DNA from: an uncultured Ignavibacteriales bacterium | GTDB lineage: Bacteria > Zixibacteria > MSB-5A5 > GN15 > FEB-12 | Reading direction: 5' to 3' | Assembly (NCBI GenBank): GCA_964650395.1 | Contig: CAZYRH010000001.1 | Location: 6-64,005, forward strand | DNA length: 64,000 nucleotides | Shown: in pieces, positions 18,289 through 26,763 of the stretch | Layout: each line of letters begins with the position of its first letter | Numbering within the stretch: the first letter of the stretch is position 1 | Notes under the pieces: generated by a model | Databases searched by the model: none | What the model was told of the DNA's origin: nothing | Seen by the model: only the letters and a program-made list of their open reading frames with translations | Position numbers and translations under genes: made by a program

Positions 18289-20982
18289 CTATAGATTAGC
18301 CCCTTTACCATTCTTCTTTTCAACCTCCTTTTTGATGATTAAGCGGGCAGCATCGAATAGCTCTTGTGGCTTCGTTCCTTGAGCCACTGATCCTTGAGCG
18401 AAAGACGACTTGCCGCCCCCACGACCGCCAAATTGCGGCAACATTTGTTTGGATAGCTTACCGACATTTATGTGCAGCTGCGTGACCGCAGAGTGACTCG
18501 CCGATGCCATATACGTGACTTTTCCATTCACCATTCCCAAACCAAACGCCACCACAGCTTCGTTGCGCGCCTTTTGGGCGTCGATCCATCCGGCCATAAC
18601 ATCGCGGTCGGTTTCTCCAAAGTCATGGGTGATGACCGAAACAGGCCCTACGGCAGATTCTTCTCCTATTGTTTGTCGAGCACCGGCGAACATTTCCGCT
18701 TTCACTTTTTTGATCTCTTTTTGTAGAGCGAGATTGGTTTCCTGTAACTGTCGGACGCCTTCAACTGCATCGGCCTCGGTTCGACCGACAATAGATGAAA
18801 CCTGTTGTTGGAATTGCTTGGCGGAAAGCATGTACTTAATCGCTTCCCGACCCGTGATCGCCTCAAGGCGCCGCACACCGGAGGCAATACCGGTCTCCAG
18901 CGTGATGAAAAACGGCCCGATCTGGTTGACATTGTCGACATGAGTGCCGCCGCACAACTCTTTAGAAAAATCTCCTACTGATACCACCCGCACAGTGTCG
19001 CCATACTTCTCACCAAACAGTGCCATCGCCCCTGAGGACATTGCTTCCTCAACAGGCATTTCTTTTTTATCTACATTGCTGCCCTTAAGAATTTGTTCGT
19101 TGACGATCTCTTCAACCGCTTGAATCTCTTCCGGCGTCATCGGCTGATGGTGCGAAAAATCGAAGCGCAGCCGATCCGGGCCAACGTACGAGCCGGACTG
19201 CCTGATATGCTCTCCCAGCACTTTCCGCAAGGCTGCGTGTGTCAGATGCGTAGCGGTGTGGTTACGCATGGTGTCCCAGCGAATAGCGTTATCTACTTTG
19301 GCTGTTACTTCCACTCCCTTTTTGATGTTGGCTATCGCCACCGTGTCACCGATAGTCCTGATGACAATCCTGTCCTTACTCAAAAACGATCCAATTACAC
19401 GCAGGCTAAAGCTGCCGTCGACTGCTACGATTTCGCCGACATCAGCGATTTGACCACCGGCCTCCACGTAGAATGGCGAGGCGGCTAAGATAACTTGTAT
19501 CTCTATTTCTCCCCCGGCAGGCATAGGAGGAATGTAGAAGTCCTGAACAAACGTGGCTACCGAGTAAGGTTTACGCCAAGGGTAATACTTGGTAGCATCT
19601 GTGCTTTCCTCTGTCTCGTCGTGTAAAGTGAAAGAACGATCGATATGCGTACCCTTGAACGCAGAACTCTGTCGGGAACGCTCTTGTTGTTCGCGAAGGG
19701 CCTCTTCGTATCCCAAACTGTCCAATGTCAAATTGTATTCCCGCGCGATAATATCAGTCAGATCGTAGGGGAAACCATAGGTATCCTGTAGCTCAAAGAC
19801 GTCCCGGCCTGGGACAATGGTTTGACCTGATGCCAGTAGTTCCTCTGCGGTTTCCCTGAACATCCTCAAGCCATTATCGAGAGTTCGGGCAAAAGTTTCT
19901 TCTTCTGCGCGAATTGCATTTTGGATATGTGTCTCCCTCTCTCTGATTTCGCTATAGGTCTGGCCCATTTCATCAACAACGAGTTCCACAAGTTTGAATA
20001 TGAAAGGCTCCTCCATCCCTAACAATCTTCCATGAAAAGCCGCGCGCCGCAGAATCCTTCGCAACACATAACCCTGCCCCTCGTTGGAAATGCCGGCCCC
20101 GTCGGCTATGGCAAACGTAAGCGCCCGCACATGATCGGCAATGATGTTATGTGAAGCAGGATTGTCTTTGTAATTAGATTTGGTGATGTCAGAGATAGCC
20201 TCGATGATGCTCTTGAAAATGTCTATCTTGAAAATGTCTGTCTCGTAGCTGCAATCGACGCCTTGCACGACGGCAGCCAGACGCTCCAAGCCAGCACCGG
20301 TGTCGATAGACGGTTTGGGTAAGTCGATGACTTTGCCGTCCGGTTGCTGGTCATACTGCATGAAGACTAAGTTCCAAATCTCGACAAAGCGATCCGTATC
20401 GCCATTGATAACATCATTCGGCCCAGTTCCAAACTTCTCACCTCGGTCAAAATGAATCTCCGAACATGGTCCACAGGGGCCGGTGTCGCCCATAGCCCAG
20501 TAGTTGTCTTTCTTTCCGAAACGCAGGATGCTGCCTTTCTTTTTGAGTGGCGACGCCACCTTCTCCCAGAGCGTGAAGGCTTCATCATCCTCTTCGTATA
20601 CGGTGGCGTAAAGTCGGTCAGTCGGCAGCGCCAGCACTTTGGTCAGCCATTCCCAGGCATAATAAATGGCCTGCTCTTTGAAGTAATCCCCGAACGAGAA
20701 ATTGCCCAGCATCTCAAAAAAGGTGTGATGGCGGGCGGTAAAGCCGACATTATCGAGGTCGTTGTGCTTACCTCCGGCGCGGATGCACTTCTGGACACTG
20801 GCCGCCCGCTTGTACTCCACCCTGCGCTGGCCGGTAAAAACGTCTTTGAACTGGTTCATGCCGGCGTTGGTGAACAACAGCGTCGGATCGTCAAACGGAA
20901 TAACCGGTGAAGAAGGGACAATGCGGTGGTCGTTTTTCTTGAAATAGTCTAAAAAAGACTGTCTGATATCGGCTGTTTTAAT
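18289..20982 (-). CDS. alaS: Alanine--tRNA ligase (apparent ATT start)
   Basis: FTNAGMNQFK, HHTFFEMLGNFSFGDYFK, GPCGPCSEIH, the editing motifs HTATHL and CGGTHV, and a C-terminal DHHA1-like region. The conserved N-terminus (I)KTADIRQSFLDYFKKNDHRIVPSS... lies upstream of the track's TTG start. Confidence 0.9.
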   Translation of the reverse strand: MKTADIRQSFLDYFKKNDHRIVPSSPVIPFDDPTLLFTNAGMNQFKDVFTGQRRVEYKRAASVQKCIRAGGKHNDLDNVGFTARHHTFFEMLGNFSFGDYFKEQAIYYAWEWLTKVLALPTDRLYATVYEEDDEAFTLWEKVASPLKKKGSILRFGKKDNYWAMGDTGPCGPCSEIHFDRGEKFGTGPNDVINGDTDRFVEIWNLVFMQYDQQPDGKVIDLPKPSIDTGAGLERLAAVVQGVDCSYETDIFKIDIFKSIIEAISDITKSNYKDNPASHNIIADHVRALTFAIADGAGISNEGQGYVLRRILRRAAFHGRLLGMEEPFIFKLVELVVDEMGQTYSEIRERETHIQNAIRAEEETFARTLDNGLRMFRETAEELLASGQTIVPGRDVFELQDTYGFPYDLTDIIAREYNLTLDSLGYEEALREQQERSRQSSAFKGTHIDRSFTLHDETEESTDATKYYPWRKPYSVATFVQDFYIPPMPAGGEIEIQVILAASPFYVEAGGQIADVGEIVAVDGSFSLRVIGSFLSKDRIVIRTIGDTVAIANIKKGVEVTAKVDNAIRWDTMRNHTATHLTHAALRKVLGEHIRQSGSYVGPDRLRFDFSHHQPMTPEEIQAVEEIVNEQILKGSNVDKKEMPVEEAMSSGAMALFGEKYGDTVRVVSVGDFSKELCGGTHVDNVNQIGPFFITLETGIASGVRRLEAITGREAIKYMLSAKQFQQQVSSIVGRTEADAVEGVRQLQETNLALQKEIKKVKAEMFAGARQTIGEESAVGPVSVITHDFGETDRDVMAGWIDAQKARNEAVVAFGLGMVNGKVTYMASASHSAVTQLHINVGKLSKQMLPQFGGRGGGKSSFAQGSVAQGTKPQELFDAARLIIKKEVEKKNGKGANL

Positions 20983-21631
20983 CTTTCGTTACCTCATCTT
21001 GCAGTTTCTGAAGTTGCTCAAATGCCGCTCTGGCTGCCTCATAACCAAACCCGCGGCGAGCGAGATAATTATATGACTTTCGTCGAGCTACTTCAAGTTC
21101 AAATTGACTGAATTCAGCCCATCGGTTCTCCAGAGCACTAACAGCCAGCTCACTTTCGTCCTTCCCTGACAGTACCTCCTCGACAGTTTGATCTGCGAGG
21201 GAACGACTTATCATCTTCCGTTGAAGGTAGCCTGTCAAGTAGGCCCTTCCGCTCGGGCGGCGCTCCAACAGGTTCTTAGCCAAGGTATGGGCGTAACGAG
21301 CGTCGTCCAGCACACCCCGGTCTTTGTATTTTTTGATTACGTGTAGTATTACGTCGGGAGTGAAATGTTTTTTTACCAGCTTGGCTTTGAGCTCACCAAT
21401 TGAGTGCTCGCGGAGAGCAAGAAGCCGAACCGTCTCTCGGTCACAGCGGAACAGTTCCGCCTCGGATTTCAGCTTCTCAAGCTGGGGAGTCGTTATCACA
21501 ATCCCCTCTTTGAGCCGGTGCTTGTGCGCAGCATCTTCAGGTAGAACTACCGGCGAGTCCAGAGTGGAAACTGTCACCGACACTTCTGAAGCAGTGCGGT
21601 TGAGCCGGAGTATTTTGATTATTTCGTCCAT
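20978..21631 (-). CDS. recX: Recombination regulator RecX
   Basis: 217 aa built from three-helix repeats (RSGRAYLTGYLQRKMI, RRKSYNYLARRGFGYEAARAAFE). The recX-alaS order matches the classic recA-recX-alaS locus. Confidence 0.75.
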   Translation of the reverse strand: MDEIIKILRLNRTASEVSVTVSTLDSPVVLPEDAAHKHRLKEGIVITTPQLEKLKSEAELFRCDRETVRLLALREHSIGELKAKLVKKHFTPDVILHVIKKYKDRGVLDDARYAHTLAKNLLERRPSGRAYLTGYLQRKMISRSLADQTVEEVLSGKDESELAVSALENRWAEFSQFELEVARRKSYNYLARRGFGYEAARAAFEQLQKLQDEVTKD

Positions 21632-21946
21632 CAGTCAAGCGGCTGTTATCTTCAGCATCAATGCTGGAGCGTTAAGGCCTTATGTTGTTTAGATATTAAG
21701 CTGCTTTCTTGCATGAAAAAAGCTAAAAACGACATTTTCACCAACTTCTATATTGACTTGTTGTTTTAGTTTTATTATTCTTACTATTCGTTAGATGATG
21801 TTAGTAACTTGTTATTATTTTGTAGGTTGATCTATTGAAAAATAAACTTATTTTCTATCATGCTGATATGTATACAGTAACAAAAGAGGAATATTATAAC
21901 TGTTTCATGTCAAGTAGCTGGCATTCTCTGTCAGCAGGGAGCGGTT

Positions 21947-22807
21947 ATGGAGCTTGATCTACAAGGGAACATCGAACTATTTACGGTGCCGGAAGTATTT
22001 CAATTGATAGCTTCGGGGCGCAAATCGGGAACTCTGGGGATTCAACGAGATGAGTCCATTGTCATGGTCTATTTCAAGGAGGGCAACATTACCTATGGCT
22101 ACGGCCCCCGCGAGACATTTCACATAGGACAGTTATTGAAGGAACGGGGAGTTATTGCGGCGGAACAGCTCGAAGAGGCGGTCAATATCCAGGCCAAGAC
22201 AGAAAATTCCAGGCGCTTGGGCGATATACTCGTGTCACGGCATTTTATAGATCGGGCTGACCTGGAGGCCGTTGTTAAAAAGCAGGTAGAGCAGCTTTTG
22301 TATTCACTTTTAAGCTGGCAAAGCGGATCATTTAAGTTCTACGAAGGCCAGTTTCCTACTGAAGAGGAAATCACCGTCAATCTCTCGGCAGAAAACGTAA
22401 TTCTCGAAGGGCTGCGGCGTATAGACGAGATGAACATGGTGAAGGAAACGTTGCCTGATCTTGATGCCGTGTATACAATTTCTGCATCGCAAGGAGGACG
22501 CTCCCGTGCTGTTACCCTGCAGGCCGATGAATGGAATATCATGGCCCTGGTGGATGCGCATCGGACAGTAAATGAGATTTGCACACTGAGCCCAGTTGAC
22601 CGCGATGACACGCTGAAGAAACTTGCTCAGCTCAAGCTGGCCGGTATTATAACCAAAACTAAAAAAAAGGAGAGACCGCCCTCATCTGATCTTGAAAAGA
22701 TGGTGGACCGTCTGGCTAACTTATTCGAGGACTACCTGACGGAAAAGACGGCTAATCGCCCTGTGCACCGCAAAATCACAAAAACATACGTGGAGAGTGT
22801 TGATTGA
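21947..22807 (+). CDS. DUF4388 domain protein with MshEN/T2SSE_N-like domain
   Basis: The N-terminus LFTVPEVFQLIASGRKSGTLGIQ...VYFKEGNITYG is DUF4388-like. It is followed by GQLLKERGVIAAEQLEEAV..Q......RLGDILV, which is like the N-terminal domain of a T2SS E protein. Confidence 0.6.
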   Translation: MELDLQGNIELFTVPEVFQLIASGRKSGTLGIQRDESIVMVYFKEGNITYGYGPRETFHIGQLLKERGVIAAEQLEEAVNIQAKTENSRRLGDILVSRHFIDRADLEAVVKKQVEQLLYSLLSWQSGSFKFYEGQFPTEEEITVNLSAENVILEGLRRIDEMNMVKETLPDLDAVYTISASQGGRSRAVTLQADEWNIMALVDAHRTVNEICTLSPVDRDDTLKKLAQLKLAGIITKTKKKERPPSSDLEKMVDRLANLFEDYLTEKTANRPVHRKITKTYVESVD

Positions 22808-23466
22808 GCTACGGTGACGCTCTGCAATCGCTTGAGAACCTTCTGGAATCGTTCCTGGAACGGGCAGTGGCCGCAAAAGAAGAACGGCTGCGGGTCCTGA
22901 GCGGTGTCAGTCGTCTCGATGACATAGCTCATACCACAAAGGACGGTGGGGATATCACTGAGAGCCTCGGCGAGTGGTTCGCCGAGCACAACTCATGGCT
23001 TTCCGGTGATGGTCTAAGGCCGGCGGATGCTTTACGTATTAATGAAATTCTCACTGAAATCAGAGAAGGTCTAACGACATCTGCTGATACCTCACCGGCC
23101 CTTGACAAACTGGGCTCAGAAATCGACCGCTGGGGCCAACGGGCTACATCCACAGCCCAGAAGCTGGTTCTAAAAAGAGGACCGGAAACTCCAACTGAAC
23201 CGGCTGAAGGTTCTATTGCTCTTTTTGATCGAGTCCTGAAAAGGGTTGCCAACCTCTATGCCGATTCTTCCGGCTCCCGTCAGCATATTCTGTCAGCTCT
23301 GGATGACTCCCTGGAATCAGCCAAGGAACAAAAGAGTAAAGATGCGTTGCTTTTGTCTGCTTTTATTATATATTACCTTAAACTAAATAATTATCTTGTT
23401 GATCCATATGTTAAGAGGCTGAAAGAGGCCGAAAGCGTAATCAAAAGTGAGAAGCGGCATGCTTAA
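22804..23466 (+). CDS. Hypothetical protein
   Basis: 220-aa ORF. Its TTG start overlaps the upstream stop, and it is coupled to the downstream ORF by an 8-nt overlap. I recognise no motif. Confidence 0.45.
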   Translation: MSYGDALQSLENLLESFLERAVAAKEERLRVLSGVSRLDDIAHTTKDGGDITESLGEWFAEHNSWLSGDGLRPADALRINEILTEIREGLTTSADTSPALDKLGSEIDRWGQRATSTAQKLVLKRGPETPTEPAEGSIALFDRVLKRVANLYADSSGSRQHILSALDDSLESAKEQKSKDALLLSAFIIYYLKLNNYLVDPYVKRLKEAESVIKSEKRHA

Positions 23467-23707
23467 TCAGTCTGAAAAGTCATACTGTGAAGCTCTTTTG
23501 GCCTTGAAACATAAAGATTACCGGGTTGCAGCCAATCATTTTGACGCAGCCGCCCTGCATTTTAAGGACAACCGGGAGTTCAATCTTCTAAAGGAGACAA
23601 CAAATCTGTTGTTGACGGTTAAGGCGGAACGGCAGGAGCTGGATAGTAAAGATAAAATAGAAATTGAGGAGGTGTTCTCTTATGGGCAAGAAGAAAACCT
23701 TCGCTGA
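23459..23707 (+). CDS. Hypothetical protein (single TPR-like motif)
   Basis: The ATG at 23459 overlaps the preceding stop (ATGCTTAA). YCEALLALKHKDYRVAANHFDAAALHF is TPR-like. Confidence 0.4.
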   Translation: MLNQSEKSYCEALLALKHKDYRVAANHFDAAALHFKDNREFNLLKETTNLLLTVKAERQELDSKDKIEIEEVFSYGQEENLR

Positions 23708-23858
23708 TAAAGTGAAGAAGGCAGCAGGCAAGCAAGATAAACCGCCGGTCGAGTATGTGAAATGGGTGAAGGCATACCGGACAGAAGACGGTTCCTGGAA
23801 ATTCCGCACTGTAAATATCGCCGTTACCGACGAGAACAAGAGTGAAATTTACGGCTAA
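23682..23858 (+). CDS. Small Lys-rich protein (58 aa)
   Basis: A strong SD (GAGGAGGTG) lies 7 nt before the ATG at 23682, and an intrinsic terminator follows about 30 nt after the stop. The pattern MGKKKTFADKVKKAAGK...VKWVKA is vaguely DUF4295-like. Confidence 0.5.
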   Translation: MGKKKTFADKVKKAAGKQDKPPVEYVKWVKAYRTEDGSWKFRTVNIAVTDENKSEIYG

Positions 23859-23886
23859 GTTTTAGCTGCCTTTAAATAACTTATTG

Positions 23887-23916
23887 CCTCCCCGTGAAGA
23901 ATGGGGAGGTTTTTTA
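23887..23916 (+). terminator. Rho-independent terminator
   Basis: CCTCCCC-gtgaagaat-GGGGAGG followed by TTTTTT. Confidence 0.75.
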
Positions 23917-24098
23917 TTGGGAAGATGTAGATATCCGTATAATCAGTAGAACGGTTTCGGCGCTTGGTGATGCACCTTGGGTTGGTTCTACCACTTCGTG
24001 GAGAATTGAATCTCTCCGGCCTAAGAGCAGGTCTGTGATTTCAGTTTGCCTTTTCGCTTGGCGTCAATATATTAATTGGCCAGGAAAGTAAAGCAAAC

Positions 24099-24542
24099 AT
24101 GCGAATAGTAGTCCAACGAACTACCGGCGCCGAGGTATGGATTGATAACAGCTTGCACAGCAAGAGCAAAGGCGGCCTGTTGCTGTTAGTGGGGACCAGA
24201 ACGGGCGATACGGAAGAGTCGTGTGCTTTTCTGGCCGACAAAGCGGTCAATCTGCGTATCTTTGAAGACAGCAACGGCAAAATGAATCTGTCAGCCTTGG
24301 ACATCGGCGCGGAAATAATGATTGTTTCTCAGTTTACTCTTTATGCCGACACCAGGAAGGGACGGCGCCCCTCGTTCATAGAAGCGATGGAACCGATCGA
24401 GGCGGAGCGCCTGTACAATCGATTCGTAGAGCTGGTCGGAGCGAGCGGGCTGGCGGTGCACACCGGAGTGTTTGGCGCCAGAATGGACATCAAATTCACC
24501 AACCATGGGCCAGTGACAATCATTTTAGAACATGAGGTATAA
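24099..24542 (+). CDS. dtd: D-aminoacyl-tRNA deacylase
   Basis: MRIVVQR, GLLLLVG, SQFTLYADTRKGRRPSF, NHGPVT. Confidence 0.9.
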   Translation: MRIVVQRTTGAEVWIDNSLHSKSKGGLLLLVGTRTGDTEESCAFLADKAVNLRIFEDSNGKMNLSALDIGAEIMIVSQFTLYADTRKGRRPSFIEAMEPIEAERLYNRFVELVGASGLAVHTGVFGARMDIKFTNHGPVTIILEHEV

Positions 24543-25149
24543 CTACATCAAGCAGTTGGCCGACCAATGGAAGCTGGTTCTTGGGTCAAAGTCTCCCCGG
24601 CGGGTTGCTCTCTTAAAAGAGGTTGGCGTTGCGTTTGAGCAAATCATCCCTCCCCTGGAAGAGTCACGTGAAGCCGGTGAACCTGCTTACTTGTTTGCGA
24701 AGCGTTTAGCTGAGGATAAAGCTCTATGGGTGGCACGTCAGATTGACGCCGGTCATGTAGTTATCGGCTGTGATACAATAGTTGTTCTTGGTGATAGAGT
24801 TCTTCAGAAGCCGGATGACGAAGCCGAGGCCTTTGAGATTTTGTCTATACTTTCCGGGCGGATGCATGTCGTCTGTACCGCTCTGGCGTTGGTCAAAGAT
24901 AAGAAACTGCTGGCCTCAGGATATGAGCTGACGGAGGTCTTTTTCAACCCAGCCAAGGCCGAGCAAATACGTGACTACATCGCTACCGGTGAGCCGAGGG
25001 ACAAAGCGGGCGCCTACGGGATACAGGGAATGGGGGCGTTTTTAGTTGACAGAATAAATGGCAACGTGGATAATGTCATTGGCCTGCCGCGTACGCTACT
25101 GAACAAACTCGCGGAAGAGGTAATTGCGAAACCGAATCACTCACGGTAG
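24532..25149 (+). CDS. maf: Maf-like nucleoside triphosphate pyrophosphatase
   Basis: LGSKSPRR, GCDTIV, AGAYGIQG. Confidence 0.85.
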   Translation: MRYNYIKQLADQWKLVLGSKSPRRVALLKEVGVAFEQIIPPLEESREAGEPAYLFAKRLAEDKALWVARQIDAGHVVIGCDTIVVLGDRVLQKPDDEAEAFEILSILSGRMHVVCTALALVKDKKLLASGYELTEVFFNPAKAEQIRDYIATGEPRDKAGAYGIQGMGAFLVDRINGNVDNVIGLPRTLLNKLAEEVIAKPNHSR

Positions 25150-25154
25150 TTTTA

Positions 25155-26171
25155 GTGATGACTGAATTGTACAGAAAAATCGGGATACTGTTAAAACTGG
25201 AACGCGAACGGCAGGCTCTGACTTTGGAAGATTTGTCGGTCCAGCTCAAGATTGCCAAAAGCAATCTTGAGCGTATCGAACAGGGAGAGGCTGACGCTCT
25301 TCCTTCAGAGCTGTACTTCAATCTTTTTGCTAAATCCTACGCTGAAGCGCTCGGCATAGATTACACGAAAACGGTCGAGGCCATCAAGGAAGACCTTGGC
25401 GAATCGCTCGAACCGTTAGGTTACCCAAAGGAAAGTAAAAAGGACGTTACAGATTCAGGTGAAGCGACCGCTGGAAAAGAGGCTGAGCCTGTGAGCGACC
25501 GGAAGGAATCTGGAACAAACTATCTAAAAATTTGGATTTCCGTGTTTGCTGCAATCATAGTTCTCTTTTTTATCTTTCTGTTAGTGAATAAGTTATTTTT
25601 CAACTCCGGTGAAGTTGTCACTCCAGCTGAGGAACAAGTTGAAGCAGCCGCGGAAAGTTCCCTTGTTGGCAATCAGGCAGAACCTGAACGGGGCAGCTTG
25701 GCTCGATATAATTGGGATGTGACAACTTATCAAAAGCCGCCCGAATTGGAGATGCAACTTGTTGCAAAAGAAAAAAGCTGGGCAACGGTTCTGGCGGATG
25801 GTGACACAGCTATTTTCAGAACCCTGACCCCGGGCCGAGTCTACAAGGTAAAGGCTAAGTATCGGTTTCTGGTGTCCATAGCGGTTCCATCTATTGTTGA
25901 TGTAAAGCTGAACGGTCAGTCGGTGGACCTACGCTCCCCGAATAAGGGACGAATCTCGAGAGTGGAGATCAACCAGACGAATTTGGATTCTTTTCTTAAT
26001 TCACCGGCTTCTACTATCGGCAACAACTTTAATGTCAAGCCCTTGTCTTCCTTGCAAGTTCAGTCCATAGATTCAAGTACTTCTTTAACCTCGGGCGTTG
26101 AAGCGCCGGGGGCGATTGAAAAGGATGCTGACAGCGCTCAGGTAGATTGGAAGCGTAATGATGAGCCTTAG
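25155..26171 (+). CDS. RodZ-like protein (HTH, TM helix, DUF4115-like C-terminus)
   Basis: N-terminal XRE-type HTH (LTLEDLSVQLKIAKSNLERIEQGE), a single TM helix, and a C-terminal beta domain (WATVLADGD...YRFLVSIAVPSIVDVKLNGQ). Confidence 0.65.
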   Translation: MMTELYRKIGILLKLERERQALTLEDLSVQLKIAKSNLERIEQGEADALPSELYFNLFAKSYAEALGIDYTKTVEAIKEDLGESLEPLGYPKESKKDVTDSGEATAGKEAEPVSDRKESGTNYLKIWISVFAAIIVLFFIFLLVNKLFFNSGEVVTPAEEQVEAAAESSLVGNQAEPERGSLARYNWDVTTYQKPPELEMQLVAKEKSWATVLADGDTAIFRTLTPGRVYKVKAKYRFLVSIAVPSIVDVKLNGQSVDLRSPNKGRISRVEINQTNLDSFLNSPASTIGNNFNVKPLSSLQVQSIDSSTSLTSGVEAPGAIEKDADSAQVDWKRNDEP

Positions 26172-26763
26172 AAACTTTCTTGCCAGAATAACGCTTGAAC
26201 GGCTCAAAAGTAAGATGACCACCGAGGCATTTGATTTTCCGGATGTTCTGTTTGCTCCAAAGCATGTCCTGGTGTGTTTGCCGGCAGGTCTGCGGCAGCT
26301 CACGCTTGTCAAACAGTTTTTGCCTAACATCACCGAGCTTTTCAAGCCTGCCGAAATCACTCTTCTACCCATGCCCGGAATGAAGATTGCTGACATTTTC
26401 CCTCGTAAGGGGTTTCACGTCCTGACTCCCTTGCCGGACCAGAAGGCCTGGACCGGACTGGCTAGGAAAAGCTACCTACGAGTGCTTCAGGATTACAAAT
26501 TCGACCTGCTTTTGGACCTCAATCTCGATTCAACGTTTTTTACCTCAAGCGTTTTGCTTAACTTTCCGAAGGCTTTGCGGATTGGTCGGGGGAACCACTT
26601 GGGACAACCGTTTTATAATCTTGAAATTAAGACTAAGTACTTGAGGGATGAACGCAACATTTACCGTTCTCTCTTTGAGACGCTGAGGTTACTCAAGAAC
26701 AGCCGGCAGAAAAAAACTGTCTCTGTGCGCAAAGCACAAGCATCGGAGGAAGCGTGTACTTAA
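26158..26763 (+). CDS. Hypothetical protein resembling the N-terminal half of a GT9 heptosyltransferase
   Basis: 201 aa. KHVLVCLPAGLRQL...FDLLLDLNLDS...FPKALRIGRG recalls the N-terminal Rossmann half of GT9 enzymes. It overlaps both neighbouring genes. Confidence 0.4.
   Translation: MMSLRNFLARITLERLKSKMTTEAFDFPDVLFAPKHVLVCLPAGLRQLTLVKQFLPNITELFKPAEITLLPMPGMKIADIFPRKGFHVLTPLPDQKAWTGLARKSYLRVLQDYKFDLLLDLNLDSTFFTSSVLLNFPKALRIGRGNHLGQPFYNLEIKTKYLRDERNIYRSLFETLRLLKNSRQKKTVSVRKAQASEEACT

Noticed and set aside
21632-21946. 315-nt strongly AT-rich region, considered as a replication origin or mobile-element scar
   Set aside because: I found no DnaA-box-like clusters (TTATCCACA) and no terminal repeats. 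It is adequately explained as a divergent promoter region between recX-alaS and the DUF4388 operon.
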